Shown one piece after another: positions 10,257 through 19,762 of a stretch of 64,000 nucleotides of DNA. The translations under genes and the position numbers were made by a program. Below the pieces are notes generated by a model. That model worked only from the letters and a program-made list of their open reading frames with translations. It had not been told where the DNA came from and searched no databases. The DNA is from an uncultured Acidobacteriota bacterium (GTDB taxonomy: Bacteria; Acidobacteriota; UBA6911): positions 32,001 to 96,000 of the forward strand of contig CAWHCF010000049.1 of NCBI GenBank assembly GCA_963827655.1. Direction: 5' to 3'. The first letter of the stretch is position 1; each line of letters begins with the position of its first letter.

Positions 10257-10744
10257 TGCGAATCCTGGGGATTGATCCCGGATGCGGATTCACAGGTTAC
10301 GGCATCATCGAAACTGACGGTTCTCAACACGCCCCGATCCTCTTCGGCGCCATACAGACCCGGGCGCGTCAGCCTTTACAAGAACGGCTCCTCACAATCT
10401 ACACCGGCTTGAACCGTATTCTCGCTTCAGAAGAAGTTCACGTGGTCGCGATTGAAGAGGTCTTTCATGCGGCAAACGTCCAGTCGGCAATAAAACTGGG
10501 TCAGGCGCGCGGCGTCGCGCTGCTGGCCGCCGGGGAGCGCCATCTTCCTGTCTTCGAATACTCAGCGCTGGAAATCAAGAGCTCCATTGTCGGGTATGGC
10601 CGCGCGGAAAAGGGCCAGGTCCAAGCCATGGTCCGCTTCATCCTCAAATTACCGGAGGTCCCTAAACCCGATGCGGCCGATGCCCTGGCGGTAGCCATTT
10701 GCCACAGCCACCTTTGTTTTACTCGCATTGCTGCGGCTCGGTAA
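10256..10744 (+). CDS. ruvC: Holliday junction resolvase
   Basis: ILGIDPG, LGQARGV, DAADALAVAICH; follows yebC. Confidence 0.96.
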   Translation: MRILGIDPGCGFTGYGIIETDGSQHAPILFGAIQTRARQPLQERLLTIYTGLNRILASEEVHVVAIEEVFHAANVQSAIKLGQARGVALLAAGERHLPVFEYSALEIKSSIVGYGRAEKGQVQAMVRFILKLPEVPKPDAADALAVAICHSHLCFTRIAAAR

Positions 10745-10795
10745 TCGGTCGTAGTCAGTCCTCTGGGTGTCTTTGCAATCTTCGTGGCAGGGAGT

Positions 10796-11599
10796 CTAGG
10801 TGATTGCCATGCCGGCGTATCCCACGACCCGGTCGTTGTCGCCGCTTGCGTCGCCGGAATTAGCGTAGCGAATCAGAATTCCTTGCGAACATCCGAGATC
10901 CCGGCAAGCGGTCAAGGCGGCAACGGTCGGAGCGAAGCCGCACATGCTGATGTTTTTCTCTCGAACAACCTGGAACAAGCCGGCGGGATCGACTGCGAGT
11001 ACCTGTTCTATGGCGTATCGGTCTTTGCGGGCGCCCACGGCAGCGGATTCGTAATGATTCATATCGGAACTGGAGATGATGAGCACAGGATCGGGAACTG
11101 ATGCGAGCACGCGGGCCAGCGCATGTCCCAGTTCCTCGAGCGTCGGGTAGCTGGTTGTACCGACGCAAATCGCCGAGAATTTGAAGCCGGTTACCAGCGT
11201 CTGAAGAAACGGAATTTGAACTTCCAATGAGTGTTCCTGCGCATGCGCGGTCCAGTCTTCCTGCAGCATCGGGCATTCCTTCAACAGCATGCCGTTCAAT
11301 TCAGAATCGATCGCGGCCAATCCCAGCGGAGTGCGCCACTGTCCGGAAGGGTATAGAGAGAGCGGAGACCCGATTCCGGTGTGATTAGGGCCCAGGATGA
11401 TGAACCGATCAGGCACCCGGACGTAGCTGAAAACGGCCCCCGCTACGCCTCCCGAGTAAATGTATCCTGCATGTGGTGACAGTACGGCTCTGGCCTTGAC
11501 CGGATTTACCGGCGGCTGAAGCAACGACTGGAGTGTGCGTGTGAGATCTTTCGGATCTGCGGAATAGAATTGGCCCGCTACGGCGGGTTCTCGAATCAT
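10796..11599 (-). CDS. amrB: AmmeMemoRadiSam system protein B (Memo-like)
   Basis: REPAVAGQFY, PHAGYIYSG, GPNH, EHSLEVQIPFLQ, SSDMNHY, SMCG, VVGYA. Confidence 0.93.
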   Translation of the reverse strand: MIREPAVAGQFYSADPKDLTRTLQSLLQPPVNPVKARAVLSPHAGYIYSGGVAGAVFSYVRVPDRFIILGPNHTGIGSPLSLYPSGQWRTPLGLAAIDSELNGMLLKECPMLQEDWTAHAQEHSLEVQIPFLQTLVTGFKFSAICVGTTSYPTLEELGHALARVLASVPDPVLIISSSDMNHYESAAVGARKDRYAIEQVLAVDPAGLFQVVREKNISMCGFAPTVAALTACRDLGCSQGILIRYANSGDASGDNDRVVGYAGMAIT

Positions 11600-11686
11600 G
11601 TCAGTGACTGCTTTCCACTTGCAGGGCAGACGTTCTTCTCTGTGGTAGTATGCTCCAACTCATTCGCCAGTCAAGGAGGGATCTCG

Positions 11687-12330
11687 ATGAGAATAAGGCC
11701 GCTTTTTCCCGCTCTTGTGTGCTGGATCCTGCTCGTGGTTGGATGCGCTGACAAGAAGACCGAGTCGGGTGAGCGTGGCTCTCCTGCCCCGGCCGAGCCC
11801 AAGGCGTCACCGCCGGCGGCGGAGGGAGAAGAGGTCGCGGTGATCGAAACGGGTTCTGGAAAGATCACCCTCCGCTTCCATGATGCCGCGGCCCCCAAAA
11901 CAGTCGCGGAGTTCAAGCGACTGGTCAGCAGGAAGTTCTACGATGGGACTACGTTTCACCGCGTCGTCCCGGGACGCCTGATCCAGGGGGGCGATCCACT
12001 GTCGCGCGACGCCAATCCGTATAATGATGGGACCGGCAATTCCGGAATCCAGCTGCCGGCGGAGTTCAGCAAGCTCCAATTCAAGGAGGGGACAGTCGGA
12101 CTGGCGCGGGGTGAGGTGATCCGAACTCCGGCTCGTGCCAGTTCTTTATTTGCCTCGCGAGGAACCGCCCCTGGGATGGCAAGTACACCGCATTTGCCGA
12201 GGTGATCGACGGAATCGATGTAGCCAGGCAAATCTCGCAGGCTCAGACCAATCCTAAGGCGCCGGCCCGGAACAAGGAGCGGCCCATCCGCGAACAGACT
12301 ATCGCGAAGGTTCGCCTGGAGCGCCGCTAA
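11687..12330 (+). CDS. Cyclophilin-type peptidyl-prolyl isomerase, probable lipoprotein; frameshift near 12116
   Basis: Lipobox VVGC, FYDGTTFHRV, IQGGDP, GTVGLARG; continues in another frame DPNSGSCQFFI...DGKYTAFAEV to TAA at 12330. Confidence 0.88.
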
Positions 12331-12331
12331 C

Positions 12332-12504
12332 AATTGCAGATTGCGCCGATTGCGGATTGCGAGATTGCGGATTGCAAGCATTGACCACGATGGCGAGATC
12401 GACCCGCAATCGCAGGAGTTCTTTTCGGAGATTCATTTGGCATCTTTGCACTAATCCAACTCGTGGCACCCAATCTGCAATCCGAAATCCGCAATCCGCA
12501 ATCG
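12332..12504. repeat. Inverted pair of heptamer arrays (GATTGCG)n ... (CAATCCG)n between convergent genes
   Basis: Direct reading; same family at 54843 and 61809. Confidence 0.85.
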
Positions 12505-12507
12505 AAG

Positions 12508-13548
12508 CTACCACTTCCACAAATCCCCGACGTGCTTCTTCGCCTGGTCGGAGATCTGGTGTAAGAGCGGGGTCTCTGAGACGGAGAGCTCGCGCGCTTT
12601 GTCCGCTTCCATCTCGGCCAGGACCGCCTGCGTGCATTCCTGGAGCCCTTGCATGCTGTAGCCCCCCTCCAGGACGAAGCAGATCTTGCCGTCGCAGCAC
12701 GCCTCCGCCGCCTTGATCAGCGACGCAGCCACCGAAGCGTAGCCTTTGGCCGTTGCCGCAAGGCCTCCGAGCGGATCCTGAAAGTAGGCATCGAATCCCG
12801 CGGACACCAGGATAAATTGCGGCCGGTACTGCTGCAGAATCGGATTCACGATCCGTGAGTAGAGCGGAACCAGAGTTTCATCTCCGGTTCCGGCCGGGAG
12901 CGGAAAGTTAATCGTGTAGCCTTTCCCTTCATTCAAACCTATCTCGTCGAAGTCTCCAGTTCCGGGATAGTAAGGATACTGGTGAGATGAGATATAGAGC
13001 ACGCCGGGTTCGCGGTAATAGCACGCCTGGGTGCCATTTCCATGATGAAGGTCAATATCCACAATGGCGACGCGATTGAGATGATAGGCGTGGCGAGCAT
13101 AGGCCGCTGCGACTGCGACATTGTTGAACAGGCAGAAGCCCATCGGCTTGTCAGGCTCCGCGTGATGTCCCGGCGGGCGAACGAAGGCGAAAGCTCGCCT
13201 CAGATTTCCAGAACAGATTTCCTCGACGCATTTCAAAACCCCTCCTGCGGCAAAAAGCCCGATGCGATAGCTCTCGGCTGAGACCACGGTGTCTGGATCG
13301 AGATGGAAGGGCGCTCTCCGGGCAGCCTTTTCTATGCGTTCAACGTGACCGGGACGATGGACCAATTCCAGCTCCTCCAATCGCGCGGGCCGTGGCTCAA
13401 TCCGCTGCCATCGCTGGTCAGCGCCGTGGGACGCCAGGCCCTTGTCGATTGCCTTGAGCCTTCGAGGCGACTCAGGATGGCGGCTTCCCGGATCATGCAA
13501 GAGGTAAAGGTCATCCAGGAGGAATCCATGGTTCTTTTTTGCATCCAT
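12508..13548 (-). CDS. Histone deacetylase family (Zn-dependent amidohydrolase)
   Basis: HPESPRRL, RPPGHHA, GFCLFNN, DIDLHHGNGTQ, SAGFD, LEGGY. Confidence 0.95.
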   Translation of the reverse strand: MDAKKNHGFLLDDLYLLHDPGSRHPESPRRLKAIDKGLASHGADQRWQRIEPRPARLEELELVHRPGHVERIEKAARRAPFHLDPDTVVSAESYRIGLFAAGGVLKCVEEICSGNLRRAFAFVRPPGHHAEPDKPMGFCLFNNVAVAAAYARHAYHLNRVAIVDIDLHHGNGTQACYYREPGVLYISSHQYPYYPGTGDFDEIGLNEGKGYTINFPLPAGTGDETLVPLYSRIVNPILQQYRPQFILVSAGFDAYFQDPLGGLAATAKGYASVAASLIKAAEACCDGKICFVLEGGYSMQGLQECTQAVLAEMEADKARELSVSETPLLHQISDQAKKHVGDLWKW

Positions 13549-13626
13549 CGTCAGGTCTCCCACAGCCGGGGCTGCGCACTGCGAGGCCGGCGGCCCCGCA
13601 GGCCTACCCTAACCCCCGGGGTCTGC

Positions 13627-13663
13627 AAAAAAAGCCGACCACGTCCACGTGCTCGTGGTTGGC
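13627..13663 (-). terminator. Intrinsic terminator between nuoF and the HDAC gene
   Basis: Minus strand GCCAACCACG-10 nt loop-CGTGGTCGGC-TTTTTTT. Confidence 0.75.
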
Positions 13664-13744
13664 TGTCGTTGTTGTTCGAGGTTGCGTCTCGCAGCCATCA
13701 GGCGCCGAGGGTGTGATCGTTGGAACCTCAATCAAAGACACCCC
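13627..13744 (-). ncRNA. Candidate structured RNA (sRNA or regulatory leader), family not recognised
   Basis: GGTGTC..TTGAGGTT pairs with AACCTCGA..GACAGCC, with an inner TGCG-AGA-CGCA hairpin, followed directly by a terminator. Confidence 0.35.
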
Positions 13745-13822
13745 AATGTCCAGACTCCGGAGCTCTTCGAGACTGGCCATCGAGCCGGCGCTCGAAGCGC
13801 ACATATTGTTTCCGCACAGAGC

Positions 13823-15085
13823 CTAGGCTACGACGCAGCGCTGCTGCCTGATGTGGCCGGCGAATTCATCGTAGAATTTCTGAATGTAGCTCTCCACGGG
13901 CATCGCGGCGGCGTCGGAGAGAGGGCAGATTGTGCGGCCCTTCATTTGAATGCAGATATCAAGCAGGGTTTCCAGCTCACCCGGGCGGCCTTTCCCATTC
14001 TCGATCCGGTCGAGAATCTGGTAGAGCCACTCCGTTCCTTCGCGGCACTGAGTGCATTGACCGCACGATTCCTCGGCATAGAATCGCGTGATTCTCCGCA
14101 CAGCCTTTACCATGCACGTGGTTTCGTCCATCACGACCACGCCTGCCGAGCCGAGAAGGCTGCCGGCCTTGGCCACGGAATCGAAGTCCATGCGCACGTC
14201 AACCTGGTCCGCCGTGAAGATCGGCACCGAAGAGCCGCCAGGAATGATAGCTTTGAGCTTCCGTCCCCCGCGGATCCCGCCGCAGTGATCGTAGATGAGC
14301 TCCCTCAGAGTAACGGTCATCGGAAACTCATAAACGCCCGGCTTGTTGACGTGCCCGCTGACCCCATAGAGCCGTGTTCCGGTGTTCCTTTCGACCCCGA
14401 TCGCCGCAAACCAGTCGGGACCATTGTTGATGATATGCGGCACATTAGCCAGGGTCTCCACGTTGTTGATGACCGTGGGACACTTGTACAAACCGACCAC
14501 CGCGGGAAATGGAGGTTTGAGCCGGGGATGACCGCGTTTTCCTTCGAGCGACTCGAGCAGCGCGGTTTCTTCTCCGCAGATGTAGGCGCCCGCCCCGCGA
14601 TGCAGCACCAACTCCAGGTCGTATCCCGAGCCCAGGATGTTCTTCCCGAGGTAGCCCCGGGCACCAGCCTCTTCGATTGCCGTCTGGAGGACGCGGGCTC
14701 CGTAGAAGAACTCGCCGCGAATGTAGATGAAGGCTTGATGGCAGCCGAGCGCATAGGCCGCGATGATGGTGCCCTCCAGCATCTGGTGAGGGTCTTTTTC
14801 GATTATCAGCCTGTCCTTGAAGGTTCCGGGTTCGCTCTCATCGGCGTTGACGCAAAGATAGATGGGCTTCCCGGTGTTTTTCGGAACAAAACCCCACTTA
14901 ACTCCCGTGGGAAAACCTGCTCCTCCCCGTCCACGCAGACCCGATTTCTTGACGATTTCAGTGATCTCAGCCGGCTGGAGCGTCAGGGCCTTGCGCAATC
15001 CCTGATATCCACCGACCGACTCGTAGACGTCGATGCTGGGGAGATTCGGAATATGCATATTCCGTGTCAAGATTTTGATCGACAT
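13823..15085 (-). CDS. nuoF: NADH-quinone oxidoreductase subunit F
   Basis: SGLRGRGGAGFPTG, NADESEPGTFKDR, GAGAYICGEETAL, ESCGQCTQCREG, TICPL. Confidence 0.96.
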   Translation of the reverse strand: MSIKILTRNMHIPNLPSIDVYESVGGYQGLRKALTLQPAEITEIVKKSGLRGRGGAGFPTGVKWGFVPKNTGKPIYLCVNADESEPGTFKDRLIIEKDPHQMLEGTIIAAYALGCHQAFIYIRGEFFYGARVLQTAIEEAGARGYLGKNILGSGYDLELVLHRGAGAYICGEETALLESLEGKRGHPRLKPPFPAVVGLYKCPTVINNVETLANVPHIINNGPDWFAAIGVERNTGTRLYGVSGHVNKPGVYEFPMTVTLRELIYDHCGGIRGGRKLKAIIPGGSSVPIFTADQVDVRMDFDSVAKAGSLLGSAGVVVMDETTCMVKAVRRITRFYAEESCGQCTQCREGTEWLYQILDRIENGKGRPGELETLLDICIQMKGRTICPLSDAAAMPVESYIQKFYDEFAGHIRQQRCVVA

Positions 15086-15113
15086 CGCCCTTTTCCGCGT
15101 AAAAGGAAGCATG

Positions 15114-15150
15114 ATACCACTAAGACTCAAAGACGCGAAGAAACGCTGAA
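15114..15150 (+). repeat. Octamer-family repeat arm
   Basis: ATACCACTAAGACTCAAAGACGCGAAGAAACGC. Confidence 0.8.
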
Positions 15151-15231
15151 AGCCGTGTCATGGTTATCTTGATTGCCGGGTGGTATCATTTCCAGCATCG
15201 GAACCAGAACGTCTAGAGGCAGGAAACTCCC

Positions 15232-16122
15232 ATGGTCCCAGCCGAAGCGCTCGGCGAGATTCGCGAAGCGTACGAGCGCTGCCAATTGCGCTATCCGACG
15301 ATTCGTCTGGATTTTGAGCTATTCCTCGCGCGCATCCAGGAGATCGTTGGTGAAGCCGCAGCAGCAACGGGCAGCACAGCCGTCACCGATTGCCACAGCT
15401 GGCTGCTGGTGTTCAGCGGGCTTCACCACGAGGATCTCTTTCTTGCATTGGCGTGTGTTCAAGGAGATCGCGTAGCCTGGGAGTGCTTTGCCGAAAGCTT
15501 CCTTCCTCTCATGCGCCGGTTTGCCGCCGGGGCGTGCAGGAACGTGGAAGAACGGGAAGACCTGGCCCAGGAGATCATGACTGGGCTGATGGCCGGCGCC
15601 GAAGCGGAACAGGGCACGAAACTGGCGAGGTACAATGGGCGCGGTTCGCTGGCCGGATGGTTGCGGGTCACGGTGGCGCATGCAGCCATTGACCGGTTGC
15701 GGCGGTCGAAGCGGCAGGTCTCGCTCGAAGAAATGCTCGAGCGCGGGAGGGAGCCCGCGGCAGGGAATAGCGCGCCACACTATCGCGAAGAGGAAAAGCT
15801 GGATTCCCGTTGGGGCACCGTCCTTGCGGAGCTACTGGCGCAAGAAATCGAACGCCTGACCTCTCGCGACCGGCTTCTGCTCGGACTCTATTACCTGGAT
15901 GGCGTCCCGTTGAAAATGATCGGCATGCAGTTCGGTGTTCACGAAGCTACCGCCTCACGCTGGCTGGAAACTCTGCGCAGGAATATCCGCAAGCAGGTGG
16001 AGAAGCAACTCAGGAAAAAGTATCGCATGAGTTCGCGAGACCTTCGATCCGTGTGGCGCTGGGCCTCCGAGGAAGGAGCGCCTTCGCTCGAAGGACTGCT
16101 GGTTCAGTCCAGCGAACAATAG
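15232..16122 (+). CDS. ECF-type sigma-70 factor with N-terminal extension
   Basis: EDLFLALACVQGD..AW, EDLAQE, YNGRGSLAGWL (region 2); IGMQFGVHEATASRWL (region 4 HTH). Confidence 0.85.
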   Translation: MVPAEALGEIREAYERCQLRYPTIRLDFELFLARIQEIVGEAAAATGSTAVTDCHSWLLVFSGLHHEDLFLALACVQGDRVAWECFAESFLPLMRRFAAGACRNVEEREDLAQEIMTGLMAGAEAEQGTKLARYNGRGSLAGWLRVTVAHAAIDRLRRSKRQVSLEEMLERGREPAAGNSAPHYREEEKLDSRWGTVLAELLAQEIERLTSRDRLLLGLYYLDGVPLKMIGMQFGVHEATASRWLETLRRNIRKQVEKQLRKKYRMSSRDLRSVWRWASEEGAPSLEGLLVQSSEQ

Positions 16123-16197
16123 GACGAATGGGAGCCTTTTGGCCAAAATAAGATGCAAGTCACGGATGGTCCGGCGTCCTTGCATTGTGGAACGGCC

Positions 16198-16225
16198 CTA
16201 ACCACGAAGACACGAAGACGCTAAG
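16198..16225 (+). repeat. Octamer-family repeat arm
   Basis: CTAACCACGAAGACACGAAGACGCTAAG, same as 8029-8056. Confidence 0.85.
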
Positions 16226-16259
16226 AAAAAAAATCGAATCGCGTAATAATTATTGAGTC

Positions 16260-17450
16260 ATGCAACCCAAGAAGGATTCTCGGATTGATTCAGTCTTGAG
16301 GAAAGCCCTGGCCGGGCGCGTCACCAAGGGTTCGGGCGATTGTCCCGATGAAAACATTGTGACGATGTACCTGGAAAGCCGGCTCGACCCGGCCCAGCGA
16401 GCCCACTACGAAGGTCATGCTTCCAGCTGTCGTCAGTGCCATCAGGTCCTGGCCCTTGCCATGAAGCTGGCTGCCGGCGACGAGAATGAGCCGAGCGCCA
16501 CGGTGAGCGCCGGGCATGCTCATCTTTCGCTTCGCTTTTGGCTCCCGGTGTCTGCGGTTGCCATCGTCGTTCTGGCCATCGGAGTCCTGGTCTTTCAACA
16601 AATGAGGGGCCCGCGCAAGGATGCGGAAATTGCCGAGTATCGGACTTCGGCATCCCGAGAGGCGCAGCCTGCCGTCGACCCGGCGGCACGTACCGAGGAT
16701 CTGAGTCCGGCGGTCTCTGAATTGAGGCAGGACGCGTCTCCATCCGCGGGAAGCAAGAAGGCAGTTCCGGCGTCGAAGCGTTTGACAGGCACCGGCGCCC
16801 AGGCGGAGAAACCCCGCGACCAACTTGCGTCCCAGAGGCTGCCATCCCAGAGGGCCTTGTCCGCCGCACCGCCTGCGGTTGCTGCGCCCACGGCTGAGAG
16901 TCAAAAGGAGGCGCTACCCGCCGTGGCGGGAATCAGCGCGCCGCGGCCCGACAACGCAGCATTGGATGCCGCCGGTCGTGGAATTACAAGCGGGACTGGA
17001 ATTCAAGCGAAGAGGATCGAGTCTCCCCAGGCAGTTCTGGCCGCCTTCTCCCAGCAGTTTTTGTCAGACCAGGCGTATGTGAGCCCTCTCCGTCTCCAGG
17101 ATCAAACGCCTCCGAGAAGCGCATCAGCGCTCAAGACCGCGCCCGCGTCCAAAAAGGATAGTACTCAAGCTAGCGAGGGGGTGGCCGCGAAGATCGAGGA
17201 ACCGGAAGTCGAATTGAAGTTGAAGGTTAATGCCCACAAGCAGCTTGGAGACAAAGTCTTCTACCTGGTTTCAGGATACTGGATCGACGCAGAGTGCGGC
17301 AAACATCCCCGCGACCGAGTAGTTGAAATATCAGAAGGGGACACGGGATTTGAGCAGATGCGAGAGGCTTTCCCCGGAATCACTGAGCTGCGCTCTTCCA
17401 AGACGCCCGTCTTGATTCATTGGAACGGTAAGAACTATCTGATTCAGTAG
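16260..17450 (+). CDS. Membrane-anchored zinc-finger (zf-HC2) anti-sigma factor
   Basis: CPD..., HASSCRQC (HxxxCxxC), one TM helix, long Ala/Pro linker, C-terminal globular domain; directly after the ECF sigma. Confidence 0.85.
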   Translation: MQPKKDSRIDSVLRKALAGRVTKGSGDCPDENIVTMYLESRLDPAQRAHYEGHASSCRQCHQVLALAMKLAAGDENEPSATVSAGHAHLSLRFWLPVSAVAIVVLAIGVLVFQQMRGPRKDAEIAEYRTSASREAQPAVDPAARTEDLSPAVSELRQDASPSAGSKKAVPASKRLTGTGAQAEKPRDQLASQRLPSQRALSAAPPAVAAPTAESQKEALPAVAGISAPRPDNAALDAAGRGITSGTGIQAKRIESPQAVLAAFSQQFLSDQAYVSPLRLQDQTPPRSASALKTAPASKKDSTQASEGVAAKIEEPEVELKLKVNAHKQLGDKVFYLVSGYWIDAECGKHPRDRVVEISEGDTGFEQMREAFPGITELRSSKTPVLIHWNGKNYLIQ

Positions 17451-17519
17451 GCAGTAGTCAGTGAGCAGGTTTTCATCGCTGCTGACTTTCTACTTTTTTA
17501 CTTTCTACTTTCTACTGCT
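17451..17519. repeat. Degenerate heptamer arrays (CAGTAG.. / (TTTCTAC)n) between convergent genes
   Basis: CTTTCTACTTTTTTACTTTCTACTTTCTACTG. Confidence 0.7.
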
Positions 17520-18141
17520 TTCTCCCCACCCGAACCTGGGCGGGTCTCAGGAGTTGGTCGCCAAGCTTGTAACCGCGCAGGACCTCCTCGACCACCTGTC
17601 CGTCTTTATTCTCATCGGATACCGCGATCACTCCGAGGGCCTGATGCAGATTGGGATCGAAGGGCTGATCGAGAACGGGGATCGCCTCGACGCCCTGCTC
17701 CTGGAGCTTTGAGCGAAACGCATTGACGGTCATTTCCACGCCCTGGAGCAGGTCTTCCGTCTTGCCTCCAGCCTCCGCCGCTTCGATAGCTCTTTCCAGG
17801 TTGTCGAGCACATCCAGGAAAGAGAGAAGCAGTTTTTGCTTGTGGAGCGAGACCTTTCGTTCGTAGTCGGCCTCCAGACGGGTCCTCATTTTCCCGATCT
17901 CGGCGTCGACCTGTTTTCTCTTTTCGTCGAAACGACGTTCGGTTTCGGACAGCCTGGCCATGAGTTCCTCTACGACCTTCGGATACCGCGGCTTCTCTTC
18001 GACGGCGGCTTGTGAAGGAGCATTCCCGGGATCGGCGAAATGCCGCTTATCGACGACGCGGAATTCTGCCGGTTGTTCCGTTCCAGACGAGTCGCTTCGG
18101 GAGTCGCTCGATTTCATCGTAGGATTGCCGCTGCGCGTCAT
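17512..18141 (-). CDS. grpE: Nucleotide exchange factor GrpE
   Basis: [34 protein letters not shown]. Confidence 0.93.
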   Translation of the reverse strand: MTRSGNPTMKSSDSRSDSSGTEQPAEFRVVDKRHFADPGNAPSQAAVEEKPRYPKVVEELMARLSETERRFDEKRKQVDAEIGKMRTRLEADYERKVSLHKQKLLLSFLDVLDNLERAIEAAEAGGKTEDLLQGVEMTVNAFRSKLQEQGVEAIPVLDQPFDPNLHQALGVIAVSDENKDGQVVEEVLRGYKLGDQLLRPAQVRVGRKQ

Positions 18142-18983
18142 ACGCGGGATCTTCCCAAGAGTCGTTCAATTCGTTTCTGCAAGGGCGGGTGCGTGCTGAA
18201 GAGGTTCAGCATCGAACGTCCGGAAAACGGATGGACGATGAACATGTGGGCCGTGGAAGGCGAGGCTTCCATGGGAAGGCGCTTGGAGTAGTTTTCGAGC
18301 TTCTGCAGGGCCGACGCCAGGCCGTAAGGATTTCCTACCACCTCCGCTCCACTCGCATCCGCCTGGTACTCGCGAGTCCGCGATATCCACATCTGAATCA
18401 GGAGAGCGGCTATCGGCGCCAGGATCATCGTCATCAGCCCCGCCAGGGCTCCACCTCCGCCTTCCTCGCGATCCCGACCCCCGCCGAAGAATGCTGCGAA
18501 ACGAGCCATGTTGGCGATCCACATAATCGCGCCCGCAAGCGTCGCGGCAATGCTGCTGATCAGTATGTCTCGATTCTTGACATGGGAGATTTCATGGGCG
18601 AGGACTCCCTGCAATTCGTTTTCATCGAGAATGCGGAGGGCTCCCTGGGTCACGGCGACTGAAGCGTGCTCGGGGTTTCGCCCGGTTGCAAACGCATTGG
18701 GTGAATCGGATGGGATCAGGTACAGCTTGGGCATGGGCATCCCCGCCCGGCTGCACAAATATTCCACCATCTCGTAGAGTCGAGGAGCTTCCTCTCGACT
18801 GACCGGCTTGGCTCCATAGATGCTCAAGGCGATCTTGTCGGAGAAGAAATAGCTCCCAATGTTCATCGCTACGGACATCACCAATGCGAAGGTGAGCCCC
18901 TGTTGGCCCCAGAAGCTGCCTATGAAAAGGATGACGCCCGTGAGGGTACCCAGAAGCAAAACAGTCTTGACGTTATTTACCAT
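18138..18983 (-). CDS. htpX: Zinc metalloprotease HtpX
   Basis: [31 protein letters not shown]. Confidence 0.96.
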   Translation of the reverse strand: MVNNVKTVLLLGTLTGVILFIGSFWGQQGLTFALVMSVAMNIGSYFFSDKIALSIYGAKPVSREEAPRLYEMVEYLCSRAGMPMPKLYLIPSDSPNAFATGRNPEHASVAVTQGALRILDENELQGVLAHEISHVKNRDILISSIAATLAGAIMWIANMARFAAFFGGGRDREEGGGGALAGLMTMILAPIAALLIQMWISRTREYQADASGAEVVGNPYGLASALQKLENYSKRLPMEASPSTAHMFIVHPFSGRSMLNLFSTHPPLQKRIERLLGRSRV

Positions 18984-19065
18984 AGTAGTGAATTCCTGAC
19001 TTCAAATAAGTCCACCCATCGAGCCGATCAGTAGATCGTCAGAATGTTACCACAGCCGATCATAA

Positions 19066-19135
19066 CGATTGACGATTGACGATTGAGTCTGGCGTTGGCT
19101 GTTAGTCTGCAATCGTCAATCGTAAATCGTCAATT
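19066..19135. repeat. Inverted pair of (CGATTGA)n heptamer arrays
   Basis: CGATTGACGATTGACGATTGA ... AATCGTCAATCGTAAATCGTCAAT. Confidence 0.88.
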
Positions 19136-19137
19136 CC

Positions 19138-19169
19138 AAAGAGAACGCCCCGCTTTTGGCGGGGCGCTC
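19138..19169 (-). terminator. Probable intrinsic terminator after hsp20
   Basis: Minus strand GAGCGCCCCGC-CAAAA-GCGGGGCGTTC followed by TCTTT. Confidence 0.6.
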
Positions 19170-19214
19170 GACTTCACTTAAGGTGCCCCGGGCGAGTAGC
19201 GCCCCAGGCGGTCG

Positions 19215-19676
19215 TTAGTTTACGCTCACCGGAATCTCGCGCGGTTTAACCTCCGGTTTTTGCGGAATCGTGACCGTCAATACGCCGCTCTTGTAGTCCG
19301 CCTTGATCTGGTCTCGATCGACTGACTCAGGCAGCGTAAACGACCGGCTGAAGGCGCCGTATAATCGCTCCATCCGGTGATAGTTGTTGCTCTCCTGCTC
19401 GTCTTCCAGTTTCCTCTCCCCTCTCAGGGTGAGGACGTCTCCGTCGAGCTTCAGGTCGATTTCTTTCTCGTTCACTCCAGGCAATTCGGCCCGGAGAATC
19501 AGGTTTCCATCCTTCTCAAGAATGTCGACGGCCGGAGTCCAGCTGCGCGCCGTCTCATGGAACGCGGACCGGAACGGCGATTCGCTGAAGAACTCATCGA
19601 AGAGATTCGGGAAAACAGATCTTTCCGACCAAAGACTGGACGGTTCAGATTTCCGTAACACAGGTATAAACCTCAT
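19215..19676 (-). CDS. Hsp20/alpha-crystallin small heat shock protein
   Basis: PAVDI, AELPGV, ERLYGAFSRSFTLP, ADYKSGVL, IPV tail; GGAGG RBS. Confidence 0.95.
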   Translation of the reverse strand: MRFIPVLRKSEPSSLWSERSVFPNLFDEFFSESPFRSAFHETARSWTPAVDILEKDGNLILRAELPGVNEKEIDLKLDGDVLTLRGERKLEDEQESNNYHRMERLYGAFSRSFTLPESVDRDQIKADYKSGVLTVTIPQKPEVKPREIPVSVN

Positions 19677-19718
19677 AATCTTTCCTCCCTTTAGGTTCAT
19701 AGCATTTAAGCATGTTCG

Positions 19719-19748
19719 CTTATAGAATCTTAGTCTCTCTTTGTCAAA
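19719..19748 (-). promoter_or_regulatory. Sigma70 promoter overlapping an HspR-type HAIR-like operator
   Basis: Minus strand TTGACA-17-TATAAG; plus strand TCTTAGT-N7-TGTCAAA resembles CTTGAGT-N7-ACTCAAG. Confidence 0.6.
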
Positions 19749-19762
19749 TATAGCCGTGAAAA

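Noticed and set aside
13690-13735. Fluoride or glutamine riboswitch match
   Set aside because: Fragments such as CTGATG are present, but the required consensus and pairing are not.
13649-15172. 507-aa plus-strand ORF (likewise 22776-24029, 24481-25761, 25992-26840, 28021-28998, 29615-30832, 33603-34532, 49793-51010)
   Set aside because: Antisense to well-supported genes; long stop-free reverse frames are expected at high GC3, and no motifs were recognised.
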